DNA of 64,000 bases from an uncultured Gemmatimonadales bacterium (GTDB lineage: Bacteria > Gemmatimonadota > Gemmatimonadetes > Gemmatimonadales > GWC2-71-9), in assembly GCA_963779755.1 (NCBI GenBank), contig CAVZZO010000003.1:1664001-1728000 (forward strand). The letters are read 5' to 3'. The translations under genes were made by a program, and so were the position numbers. Positions 16,973 to 25,866 of the stretch are shown one piece after another; position 1 is the first letter of the stretch; each line of letters starts with the position of its first letter. The notes below the pieces were generated by a model. The model made no database searches. It was not told the DNA's origin and saw only the letters and a list, made by a program, of their open reading frames with translations.

Positions 16973-18000
16973 GCGCCGCAATACCGGTGCTGAGCCGGGA
17001 GGTTGCCGGCCCCGCAGGCGCCGCAGACCCCGAGCGGCGGCCCCCACTCGGTCTCCGAGCTCAGGCCCTCCGCGGCCCGCTGCCGCAGCAGGTCGTAACG
17101 GGGCGGCCGCTTTTCCACGAACGCCCGCATCCCTTCCACCGGCTCCCAGGAGGCGTAGTGCAGGGCCAGCCAGTCCTGCGCATGCCGCACGGTGGAGTGC
17201 CACGCCAGATCCTTCCAGAAATTCACCTGCTGCTTGGTGTACCGGGTGCACTCCGGGAAGGAGGCGAGCAGCCGGGCGGCGAGATCCTCCACGAAGGCAT
17301 CGAGCTTCGACAGATCGAGCGCGTAGCCGTCCTCGCCCTTCTGGGCCTTGCGGATCTGGCCGGCATCGGCGCCCTCGACCCACTCGCCGTTGTGCCGCAC
17401 CGAGGGCACCACCCAGTTCACCAGGCCCCAGTCCAGTGCCTGTCGCGCGGTGACGGGCTCGTTGAGCATCAGGATCTGGCGGGCCCGCTTGTCGCCCGCC
17501 ACGATCGGCAGCCACTGGGTCGACCCGCCGCAGGCGACCGAGCCCACATGGGTGCCCACCTGCTTGATGATCGCGTGCTCCGCCATCACCGTCAGGTCGC
17601 AGGCCAGCTGGCTCTCGTTGCCGCCGCCCACGGCCATGCCGTTGAGCCGGGCCACCACCGGCTTGCCGGTGTTGAGAATGCTCTCGATATAGGCGCGGAA
17701 CAGCGCCATGTATTTCCAGTAGTCGCGCGGAACGGCCACGTACTCCGCGGCGTACTCCTTCACGTCGCCGCCGGTACAGAAGGCCCGGTCACCGGCTCCG
17801 GTGAGCACGATGACCCCCACGGCGTCGTCGAAGCTGGCGTCGCGGAACGCGGCCGCCAGCTCTTCCAGCGCGCGGGTGGAGTAGGCGTTGTAATTCTGGG
17901 GCCGGTTGATGGTGATCCGCGCCACGCCGCCGGCCTTGGCGTAGAGCACCTCTTCGAAGCCAAAGGTGTCGGCGCCGCGGGGCGCGAAATGCCGGGTCAT
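16951..18000 (-). CDS. oah: Crotonase-family ring hydrolase, probable 6-oxocyclohex-1-ene-1-carbonyl-CoA hydrolase, with C-terminal zinc ribbon
   Basis: YNAYST, AFCTGGDVKEYA, YMALF, NGMAVGGG and FPECTRYTK motifs; terminal CGACG..YCGACG. ATGA coupling to the TetR gene. Confidence 0.7.
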   Translation of the reverse strand: MTRHFAPRGADTFGFEEVLYAKAGGVARITINRPQNYNAYSTRALEELAAAFRDASFDDAVGVIVLTGAGDRAFCTGGDVKEYAAEYVAVPRDYWKYMALFRAYIESILNTGKPVVARLNGMAVGGGNESQLACDLTVMAEHAIIKQVGTHVGSVACGGSTQWLPIVAGDKRARQILMLNEPVTARQALDWGLVNWVVPSVRHNGEWVEGADAGQIRKAQKGEDGYALDLSKLDAFVEDLAARLLASFPECTRYTKQQVNFWKDLAWHSTVRHAQDWLALHYASWEPVEGMRAFVEKRPPRYDLLRQRAAEGLSSETEWGPPLGVCGACGAGNLPAQHRYCGACGAPLS

Positions 18001-18623
18001 GACGGGGGCGTGCATGTCAGTCCTCCCACCAGGTGGTCGGCGAAGACGGTGCCGAGCTCGGCCCCCTGGATGGTGCCTGCGGGTTGATACCAGCGGGCGA
18101 TCCAGTTGATGGCGCCCAGGATCACGAAGACGGCCACTTTGGGGTCCACGGCGCGAAACTCCCCCGCGCGGACGCCCCCGGCAATGATGGCCCGGAGACC
18201 GCGCTCGTAGCGGTCCCGGGCGGCGATGACCTGCCGCTGCCGCGCCTCGCCCAGCGCGGTGACCTCAAAGGCCAGGGGCGACCCCTCCAGCGTTTCGGTC
18301 ATCACCCGGACGTGCTCGCGGATGACGTGCCGCAGGCGGCCCGTGCCGGTCCGGTGCGCCCGCCGGGCCTCCCGCAGATGCCCGCTCACCTGGGCCAGCG
18401 AAACGCGGTGGCACTCGAAGAGGATCGCTTCCTTGTCGGGGAAGTAGTGGTAAAGCGCCTGCTTGCGCACACCGAGGTAGCGGGCGATGTCCTCCAGCGT
18501 GGTGGCGTGATAGCCCTTATCGCGGAAAGCTGTCAGCGCGGCACGCAGGATCTCCGCCCGGCGGCGTTGCCGCTTGCGGAGCACGTGAGGAGAGGAGCCA
18601 CTGGCCGATACGCGCCGGGCCAT
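17997..18623 (-). CDS. TetR-family regulator (KstR2/PaaR-like C-terminus)
   Basis: HTH GYHATTLEDIA..LYHYFPDKE; C-terminal GEFR..ILGAINWIARWY. Confidence 0.9.
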   Translation of the reverse strand: MARRVSASGSSPHVLRKRQRRRAEILRAALTAFRDKGYHATTLEDIARYLGVRKQALYHYFPDKEAILFECHRVSLAQVSGHLREARRAHRTGTGRLRHVIREHVRVMTETLEGSPLAFEVTALGEARQRQVIAARDRYERGLRAIIAGGVRAGEFRAVDPKVAVFVILGAINWIARWYQPAGTIQGAELGTVFADHLVGGLTCTPPS

Positions 18624-18721
18624 GACGGGCCTATTCCGGAAGAAAGAAGTCGGGTTTTACCACCCATTAGAATTCTTACCCACGGTTAAAAATTGGCAAG
18701 CCGGAGATTCTCCCACAGAGA

Positions 18722-18808
18722 AGACGGCAGGACGGCAGGACGGCAAGACGGCAAGACGGCAAGACGGCAGGACGGCAAGACGGCGGCACTCGCCGTCCTG
18801 CCGTCCTC
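18722..18808. repeat. GACGGCA(A/G)-type short tandem array with inverted arm
   Basis: About eight ACGGCAAG/ACGGCAGG units followed by gccgtcctgccgtcct; the same unit occurs at 2708-2740. Confidence 0.85.
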
Positions 18809-18970
18809 ACCGTGACTGTCGTCACTTCACCGATTTGTCCGCTGGGCCACTTTGTTGAGTCTTCGGCCTCCGCCGGGCTCCGGCGGGATTCCGGCCGGCC
18901 CACACCGCCCGGGCGATGCAGCTCGACGGGGCGGCCCAGAAGCAGAGGGACAACACCGGGAGGGACAGGT

Positions 18971-20434
18971 ATGAAATGGAAGGCGCTACCGCTCGCCGCC
19001 GCGCTGGCGACGCTGCTCGCCCCCGCGGCAGCAGCCCAGCGGGCCGGCAGCCTGGAGATCGGCGCGTTCGGCACCTGGCATAAATTCGACAAGAGCGTGC
19101 AGTTCAAGAACCACATCGGGGCCGGGGGGCTGGTGGGCCTGTTCGTGGCCCGGAATGTCTCCATCGAGGCCGATGCCTCGTACACCAAGACCCAGTTCAG
19201 CGTGAACCCCCGTAGCGATGTCACCTACGTCCCCATCCGGGGTCGGGTGGTCGCCCATGTGCCGCTGGGCAGCATGTCCAGCGTCAACCTGGGCGCCGGC
19301 TATGTGCGCGCCCGGTACGGCAAGGCTCTGAGCGTGGACGACAACGGCGCCACCGGCCTCATCGGGTTCCGCCTGGGGAGCAGCAATATCGCCGCCCGGG
19401 TCGACGGCATCATCGATTACATCCCCTCGCCCTACAACGAGCTCGACGGGTTCGTCAGCCGGAACATCCACTACAGCGTGCGTGCCGGCCTGAGTTTCCT
19501 CATCGGCAAGCAGGGGCCGCGCGACAGCGACCGGGACGGCGTCCCCAACGACCTCGACCGCTGCCCCGATACGCCCATCGGCACGGCGGTGGATGCCTCC
19601 GGCTGCGCCCTGCCCAAGGACGCCGATCACGACGGCGTGATGGACGATGTGGACCGCTGCGCCAACACGCCTGCCGGGGCCAAGGTGGACGAAAACGGCT
19701 GCCAGGTAAAGGACAGCGACCACGACGGCGTGATGGACTCGGTCGACAAGTGTGCGGGCACGCCCAGCGGGACCAAAGTGGACGCCGTGGGCTGCCCCGT
19801 GAAAGTGGACAGCGACGGCGACGGTGTCGTGGATGCGCAGGACAAGTGCGAGGATACGCCTGCCGGCACCAAGGTCGACGCGACCGGCTGCCCCATCGAC
19901 AGCGACAAGGACGGCGTGGTTGACGCCGCCGATCGCTGCCCCGACACACCGCCGGGCGCCAAGGTGGACGGCTCCGGCTGCCCCATCACGGATTCGGACG
20001 GCGACGGTATCGCCGACAGCAACGACAAGTGTCCGGGCACGCCCGCCGGCATGCTGGTCGGGCCCAATGGATGCCTGGTACTGTTCGCCGAAAACAAGGA
20101 AAGCGTGGTGTTGCAGGGGGTGACCTTCCAGACCGGCAGCTCGCGCCTCAGCATCGACGCGCGCAAGGTGCTGGATTTCGTGGCCCAGTCGCTCAAGGCC
20201 AATCCCGACATCAGCGTCGAGGTGCAGGGGTATACCGATTCGCAGGGATCGAATGCGGTGAACCAGCGGCTCTCCCAGGCCCGCGCGCAGTCGGTCCGGG
20301 CCTACCTGATCCAGAAAGGCGTGAGTGCCGGCCGGCTCACCGCCCGCGGCTACGGCGAGAGCAATCCCATCGCCGATAACTCGACCGCCCAGGGCCGGGA
20401 ACAGAACCGGCGCGTCGAACTGAAAAAGCAGTAG
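18971..20434 (+). CDS. OmpA-family protein: N-terminal beta-barrel, six thrombospondin type-3-like repeats, C-terminal peptidoglycan-binding domain
   Basis: Signal peptide from MKWKAL; 6 x DxDxDG(V/I)xDxxDxCxxTPxGxxVxxxGC; GYTDSQG..LSQARA..NRRVEL. Confidence 0.9.
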   Translation: MKWKALPLAAALATLLAPAAAAQRAGSLEIGAFGTWHKFDKSVQFKNHIGAGGLVGLFVARNVSIEADASYTKTQFSVNPRSDVTYVPIRGRVVAHVPLGSMSSVNLGAGYVRARYGKALSVDDNGATGLIGFRLGSSNIAARVDGIIDYIPSPYNELDGFVSRNIHYSVRAGLSFLIGKQGPRDSDRDGVPNDLDRCPDTPIGTAVDASGCALPKDADHDGVMDDVDRCANTPAGAKVDENGCQVKDSDHDGVMDSVDKCAGTPSGTKVDAVGCPVKVDSDGDGVVDAQDKCEDTPAGTKVDATGCPIDSDKDGVVDAADRCPDTPPGAKVDGSGCPITDSDGDGIADSNDKCPGTPAGMLVGPNGCLVLFAENKESVVLQGVTFQTGSSRLSIDARKVLDFVAQSLKANPDISVEVQGYTDSQGSNAVNQRLSQARAQSVRAYLIQKGVSAGRLTARGYGESNPIADNSTAQGREQNRRVELKKQ

Positions 20435-20458
20435 CCGGAAGAAGCAGGGACCAACGGG

Positions 20459-20487
20459 AAAGGGGAGGAACCATGTTCCTCCCCTTT
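20459..20487. terminator. Hairpin between convergent ompA-like and eamA genes
   Basis: AAAGGGGAGGAAC-CAT-GTTCCTCCCCTTT perfect inverted repeat. Confidence 0.7.
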
Positions 20488-20524
20488 TCTCGTGGCTCTT
20501 CCCGGCCTTGCTCTGCGTGAGGAA

Positions 20525-21463
20525 CTAGACCGCCCGCCTTGGTCCAGCCGCCGCCGGGCGCGGTGTGCCCCGGGTAATCAGAAGCACCGAGGCCACAATC
20601 GCGAGCGTGGCGAACGCGGTACGCAGCGAGAGGCTCTCCCCCGCCAGCAGCCAACCCAGCAGCACCGCCACCACCGGATTGACATAGGCGTAGGTGGACA
20701 CCTGCGTGGGCGGCGCCACCCGCAGAAGCCAGAGATAAGCCGTAAAACCGATCAGGGCGCCGAAGACGATGAGATAGAGCAGCGCGAGCGCCGACCTGGG
20801 CGTAATCGCGGCTAGATCCAGCCCCCGCCCCTCACCCAGCAGGAGCCCGGCCAGCACCAGCGCGGCGCCGCCGGCCAGCATCTCCATCCCGGTGGACAGG
20901 AGCGGGGAGGACGGGAGCCGTGCCGCGCGCGAGTACAGAGAGCCGATGGCCCAGGACAGACTCGCCAGCACCAGCATGACGGCGCCGAGGGCATCCACCC
21001 GCTCGCCCAGGCCCAGGCTGGCTGGGCTCACCAGCACCACCAGGCCGGCCAGGCCGAGCGCAAGCCCGGTCATCACCCGCAGGGTCGGGCGCCCACCGCC
21101 GGGCCGGAGCCATTGCAGCACGACCATCCACACCGGCACCACCGCCACGAGTACTGCCGCCAGCCCCGAGGGCACGCGCTGCTCGGCCAGCACCACACCG
21201 CCGTTGCCGCCCAGCAGGAGCAGGGCACCGATGACCGCCGCCGCCGCCCAGTGATGCCGGTCCGGCCCGGGGGCGCCGCGCAGGCGCGACCAGGCGTAGA
21301 GAATCAGCCCCGAGACGGTAAACCGGACGCCGGCCATGAACAGCGGCGGCATGGTCTCGATCGCGAACCGGATGGCGAGATAGGTGGAGCCCCAGATGAG
21401 GTACACCGCCGCAAAGGCGAGGACCACCTTCCAGCGGGGCGGCGTCAACGTTTCAGGTGTCAC
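20525..21463 (-). CDS. EamA/DMT-family exporter (YedA-like)
   Basis: VYLIWGSTYLAIR and YAYVNPVVAV motifs; ~10 TM segments. Confidence 0.9.
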   Translation of the reverse strand: MTPETLTPPRWKVVLAFAAVYLIWGSTYLAIRFAIETMPPLFMAGVRFTVSGLILYAWSRLRGAPGPDRHHWAAAAVIGALLLLGGNGGVVLAEQRVPSGLAAVLVAVVPVWMVVLQWLRPGGGRPTLRVMTGLALGLAGLVVLVSPASLGLGERVDALGAVMLVLASLSWAIGSLYSRAARLPSSPLLSTGMEMLAGGAALVLAGLLLGEGRGLDLAAITPRSALALLYLIVFGALIGFTAYLWLLRVAPPTQVSTYAYVNPVVAVLLGWLLAGESLSLRTAFATLAIVASVLLITRGTPRPAAAGPRRAV

Positions 21464-21923
21464 GGCCCGTCTCGAGCGGGGGAAGCTGCATGGTTTCCTT
21501 GATGCTGTTCAGCACGACGGTCGTACGAGTGGACCGTACGGTTGGAATGGCGCCGAAACGGTCCTGCAGCAGTGTGCCCAGGGCGGACGTATCCCGGGTT
21601 CGCACCTTCACCAGGAAACAGTCCTCCCCTGCCACGTGGTGCACCTCGAGCACCTCGGGGATGGCCACCAGGGCGGCGCTCGTCTCCGAGGCGCCCGGGC
21701 TGTCCTCCGCCCGCACGAACACGAACGCCAGGAGCCCCATCCCCACCTCCGCAGGGTCCACCCGGGTCTCATAGCCCTGGATCACGCCGCGCGCCTCGAG
21801 CTTCCGCACCCGCTCCAGCACCGCCGAGGGGGCCATCCCGATTTCCCGGGCAACCTCAGCGTTCGACACCCTGGCATTAGACCGCATAATATTCAGTATA
21901 AACCGATCAATATCGTCTATCAT
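21453..21923 (-). CDS. Lrp/AsnC-family regulator
   Basis: IDDIDRFIL..NARVSNAEVA..ERVRKLE..GVIQGY; HHVAGEDCFLVKV. Confidence 0.92.
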   Translation of the reverse strand: MIDDIDRFILNIMRSNARVSNAEVAREIGMAPSAVLERVRKLEARGVIQGYETRVDPAEVGMGLLAFVFVRAEDSPGASETSAALVAIPEVLEVHHVAGEDCFLVKVRTRDTSALGTLLQDRFGAIPTVRSTRTTVVLNSIKETMQLPPLETGRDT

Positions 21924-21958
21924 GCGGATATATTACTATTATTTAGAATATTGGTCAA
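21924..21958 (-). promoter_or_regulatory. Sigma70-type leaderless promoter of lrp
   Basis: TTGACC-17 nt-TAATAT-6 nt-ATG on the minus strand; AT-rich island. Confidence 0.7.
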
Positions 21959-22040
21959 ACCCCAGCGCCGACTCCCAGCCCAGGCATTCGGGGTTTCGGT
22001 TCGGGATGCCAGAGCCGCCCGGATGCGTTACCATTGACCC

Positions 22041-23366
22041 GTGTCCACGCCGCATACGTCTTATGCCCGCCGCCTGGGCCTCTTCTCGGGAACCATGGTG
22101 GTGGTCGGCGGCATCATCGGCGCCGGCATCTTCCTCAACCCGGCGGTGGTCGCCGTCCGGGTCCATACCGGCGGCCTCACCATGGCCGTCTGGGGGACCG
22201 GCGGGGTCGTGGCCCTGCTCGGCGCTTTCATCTACGGCGAGCTGGGCCAGCGGGTTCCCCGCGCAGGCGGCGGGTACGTCTATCTCCGCAATGCCTTCGG
22301 CCCGCTGCCCGCCTTCCTCTATGCCTGGGCCCTGCTGCTGGTGATGGCCACCGGCGCCCTGGCCTATGTCGCGGTGATGTTCGCCAACTACACCGCCGAT
22401 CTGATAGGCCTGCCCGCCCGCGCGGTGACACCGCTGGCCGTGGGGGGGATCGTCTTCCTGACGGGCGTGAATTACCTGGGGGTGAAGCCCGGCGCCATCA
22501 CCCAGAATCTCTTCACGCTGCTGAAGCTGGCCGCGCTCGCCGCCCTGATCGGCGCGGGATTGTTTGCCGCGGCTCCCGCGACGGCACCCGCCGCGACCGC
22601 CGCCCCGCACGGCGGCGCCCTGATCGTGGCCTTCGGGACCGCACTGGTCCCGGTCCTCTTTACCTTCGGGGGCTGGCAACAGGCGAACTTCATCGCCGAA
22701 GAGATGGTCAATCCGCGGCGCGACCTCCCGCGGGCACTGCTCCTGGGAGTCGTCGTGGTGGTGGTGGCCTACCTGCTCACCAACGCGGCCTACCTGCGCG
22801 CCCTGGGCGTGGACGGGCTGGCCCGGAGCAGCACCCCGGCGGCCGACACCATGGGAGTCTTTTTCGGGCAAACGGGCCGGGTGCTCATCTCCGCCGGCAT
22901 CGCGCTGTCGACGTTCGGGTTCCTCAACCTGGTGATCCTGGTCTCGCCCCGGGTCTACCAGACCATGGCCGCCGACGGGCTGTTCTTCCCTTCCATGGCC
23001 CGCCTGCATCCGCGCTACCGGACGCCGTCGGTCGCGCTGCTGGTGCAGGCGGCGTGGGCCATCGCGCTCACGCTCACCGGTACCTACGGCACCCTGCTCG
23101 ATTATGTGGTGTTTGGAGATTGGATCTTCTTCGGCACCACCGCCGCTACGCTGTTCATCGCGCGGCGGCAGCGTTGGGGAGAGGAGGAGCAGGAGGGCGG
23201 ACTGTTCCGGACGCCGTTCTATCCCTGGAGCGTGCTGCTGTTCATCCTGGCGGCGGTGTATGTGGTGGCGGGATCGGTAGCGTCGAATCCGCTGAATGCC
23301 CTGAAGGGGACGATCCTCCTGGTGCTGGGTGTTCCGGTGTTCCTGTTCTGGCGCCGCCGGCGCTGA
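22041..23366 (+). CDS. APC-family amino acid permease
   Basis: GIIGAGIF, YGELG..PRAGGGYVY and FGGWQ..EEMVNP motifs; ~12 TM segments. Confidence 0.9.
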   Translation: MSTPHTSYARRLGLFSGTMVVVGGIIGAGIFLNPAVVAVRVHTGGLTMAVWGTGGVVALLGAFIYGELGQRVPRAGGGYVYLRNAFGPLPAFLYAWALLLVMATGALAYVAVMFANYTADLIGLPARAVTPLAVGGIVFLTGVNYLGVKPGAITQNLFTLLKLAALAALIGAGLFAAAPATAPAATAAPHGGALIVAFGTALVPVLFTFGGWQQANFIAEEMVNPRRDLPRALLLGVVVVVVAYLLTNAAYLRALGVDGLARSSTPAADTMGVFFGQTGRVLISAGIALSTFGFLNLVILVSPRVYQTMAADGLFFPSMARLHPRYRTPSVALLVQAAWAIALTLTGTYGTLLDYVVFGDWIFFGTTAATLFIARRQRWGEEEQEGGLFRTPFYPWSVLLFILAAVYVVAGSVASNPLNALKGTILLVLGVPVFLFWRRRR

Positions 23367-24402
23367 CCGTCTCCTCCGTCACCTGCGACACGGTATCCGA
23401 GCGCCGCCGGCGTCTGAGGATGTACTCCTCGCGGTACATCCGGATCAATTCGAAGAAATACGACAGCGCCAGCGGCCCCACCAGGATCCCCAGCAGTCCG
23501 AAGTAGCGAATGCCCGCAAAGGCGCCGATCAGCGTCACCAGCGGGTGGATCTTGGCCCAGCGGCTGAAGACGATCGGGCGGATGACGTTGTCCACGTTGG
23601 CCACCAGGAGCACGCTCCAGGCCGCCAGCCCGATGGCCGCGCCGTAGCGGCCGTCCAGCGTCAGCAGAATCACCCCCGGCACCCACACCAGCCCCGAGCC
23701 CACCACCGGCAGCACGGAGAAGATGGCCGTCACCAGCGCCCAGAACAGGGGATTGGCCAGCCCCACCATGAGGAAACCGAGGCCCACCAGCGTGCCCTGC
23801 AGCAGCGCCGTCAGCCCCGTCCCGATCACGGTGGAGACGGTTACGTCGGTAAACCGCTGGCGCAGGATGGCGCTGTTGGCCGGCGAAAACGGGATGTAGG
23901 GCTCCACCGCGCTCCAGGTCTCGTCCGACCAGATCAGCAGGTAGTAGAGCCCGAACAGCGAGATGGTCAGATTCAGCGACAGCCGGGTCGCGGTGCCGAT
24001 GAGCAGCAGTGCGCTGCTGCCGACCCAGGCGACGATCGATTCGCTCATCTTGGCCAGCTGGGGGCCCAGATCATAAGAGCCGATGCGGACCGCGCTCAGC
24101 CGGCCGATCAGCGGCCCATTGAGCACGCCCCGGGCGATGTCCGGCGCCTCGTTGACCACCACCCCCGTGATCAGGAATCCCGCCGCCATCAGGATGAGCA
24201 GCGCCAGCGCCACCACCAGCCCCGCCCCGATGGTCGGCCGGAGCGGCGGCACCAGCAGCCGGTAGATCGGCTCGAAAATGACAAAGAGGACGGGAATCGC
24301 GATCAGTCCCGTGGTAAACGGGAGCAACGCGACGATGATGAGAACCCCCAGCAGGAGGATCAGCGCCGCCGCCCGCTGGTACTTGGAGTCGAACAATCGC
24401 AT
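23242..24402 (-). CDS. AI-2E family transporter
   Basis: LPVVGSGLVWVP, VDNVIRP, IHPL..GAFAG..FGLLG.LVGP motifs. Confidence 0.88.
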   Translation of the reverse strand: MRLFDSKYQRAAALILLLGVLIIVALLPFTTGLIAIPVLFVIFEPIYRLLVPPLRPTIGAGLVVALALLILMAAGFLITGVVVNEAPDIARGVLNGPLIGRLSAVRIGSYDLGPQLAKMSESIVAWVGSSALLLIGTATRLSLNLTISLFGLYYLLIWSDETWSAVEPYIPFSPANSAILRQRFTDVTVSTVIGTGLTALLQGTLVGLGFLMVGLANPLFWALVTAIFSVLPVVGSGLVWVPGVILLTLDGRYGAAIGLAAWSVLLVANVDNVIRPIVFSRWAKIHPLVTLIGAFAGIRYFGLLGILVGPLALSYFFELIRMYREEYILRRRRRSDTVSQVTEETVSAGGARTGTPEHPAPGGSSPSGHSADSTLPIPPPHTPPPG

Positions 24403-24567
24403 GCGGGGAGTCTAGAGGACCACTCCCGGACACGCCAGCAGGCCCCCCTCCCTGCCCCATGATTCGGCAGGATTCAGCTCGTCACAAAGTGAAACTAGGC
24501 CTGGAACGAGCCCCGCTCGCCGGAGCCTGCGCCCTCACCGCCCGGGGGCAGCACAGCGGGATCGGAG

Positions 24568-25090
24568 CGGTACAGACCTCCCTGAGCCGGACGAGTTCGC
24601 TATGAAGAAACCGCAGATGACGCAGATTTCGCAGATTGATTCCCTGTGAGGTGACTCCGGTATCGACCCCACCAACCAGAAAAGAAGAGAGAACGCCTTT
24701 GCTGGTGGTTGCCCGGCAGCGCTCCGCGGAGCACGGCGGGGATCGGAGCCAATCTGCGTAATCTGTGTAATCTGTGGATCGAAACCGGCCCTGATCCAAC
24801 TCGCGATACGACGGCCGGCAGGAGACCAGCCCGGTACAGACTTCCCTGAACCGGACGAGTTCGCTATGAAGAAACCGCAGAAGACGCAGATAACGCAGAT
24901 TGATTCCCTGTGAGGTGACTCCGGTATCGACCCCACCAACCAGAAAAGAAGAGAGAACGCCTTTGCTGGTGGTTGCCCGGCAGCGCTCCGCGGAGCACGG
25001 CCGGGATCGGAGCCAATCTGCGTAATCTGTGTAATCTGTGGATCGAAACCGGCCCTGACCCAACCCGCGATACGACGGCCGCCGGCAGGA
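24568..25090. repeat. 264-bp tandem duplication, each unit carrying a nonamer inverted-arm element
   Basis: Units start GGTACAGAC at 24569 and 24833. Each contains CCGCAGA..CGCAGAT..CGCAGATT ... AATCTGCGTAATCTGTGTAATCTGTGG. Confidence 0.9.
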
Positions 25091-25245
25091 GGGCCCGGTG
25101 GAGATTTCCCGGGGCTGGTCTTCAACCGGTATCCCGCCCGGCACGATCCGATCGAGGCCATCGAGGCCTGGTGTCTTGCCCAGTCCGGTACCGGGACCTA
25201 TGGTAGGCCCGGCCACGCAGCCTTTCCCTAGACGAGGGAGGTCCC

Positions 25246-25866
25246 ATGCGCTTGTTTCTTCTGCGGCGCCTCGCGCTGCTCGCCGGTGTCCTGACCTACC
25301 TCCTTCCCGCCATCGGGCTGCCACCCCTGTATGCCCAGGATTCTTCGTCAGACGCCCGGTTGGTGATGTCGGCCGGCATGCTCAAACGTCTCGGGGCTGC
25401 CGTTGACGGGCATCGCACAGGCACACGCGTGTGGGTTGTGATCGACAGCGCTGCTCCCTATACGGTCTGGGGAGTCTTCGAAAAGCACGACCCGGCCATC
25501 GAGGTGGCGCGGCGGCATCCGGGCACTCTGGCACTCGGGCCGTACTACGCCCCGACCGATGATGGACTCACCGAGACCTTCATGGCGACCACGTGCTGGA
25601 AAGACCAGTACACCCAGTGGCACTGCCCGGATAGCTTGAGGACCACCAGTATGGACAGCGTGCTGAGCGTGACGGTTACGGTGCAGACCCGTGACGGTCG
25701 CAGGTACGTCTCCAATTTCGGTCCGGATGTCGAAGCGGTGTTCTTCACGCTGTCGGCCATCGACCGGCTGTTGCTGCCCTATTACACCACCCTCTACGGC
25801 CCGGAATACGCCAAACGCCAACGTCAGGAGGTGGTGAGGCGGATCAGGGGACAGCAGCACCAGTAA
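25246..25866 (+). CDS. Secreted hypothetical protein
   Basis: GGGAGG RBS, signal peptide ending LYA-Q, one Cys pair (CWKDQYTQWHC). Confidence 0.7.
   Translation: MRLFLLRRLALLAGVLTYLLPAIGLPPLYAQDSSSDARLVMSAGMLKRLGAAVDGHRTGTRVWVVIDSAAPYTVWGVFEKHDPAIEVARRHPGTLALGPYYAPTDDGLTETFMATTCWKDQYTQWHCPDSLRTTSMDSVLSVTVTVQTRDGRRYVSNFGPDVEAVFFTLSAIDRLLLPYYTTLYGPEYAKRQRQEVVRRIRGQQHQ

Noticed and set aside
16951..18000. MenB (naphthoate synthase) assignment
   Set aside because: No FCSGGDQ-type MenB motif and no men genes nearby; context favours Oah.
19520..20080. DNA-level repeats in the ompA-like gene as a mobile or CRISPR feature
   Set aside because: Explained by six coding TSP3-like calcium-binding repeats.
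24568..25090. Possible CRISPR array
   Set aside because: Only two 264-bp units with near-identical interiors; no unique spacers and no cas genes.
24482..25324. ORFs with TDYTDYAD / PQITQITQI / ICVIC repeats
   Set aside because: These are translations of the nonamer arms; open in several frames with atypical codons and no recognisable domain.
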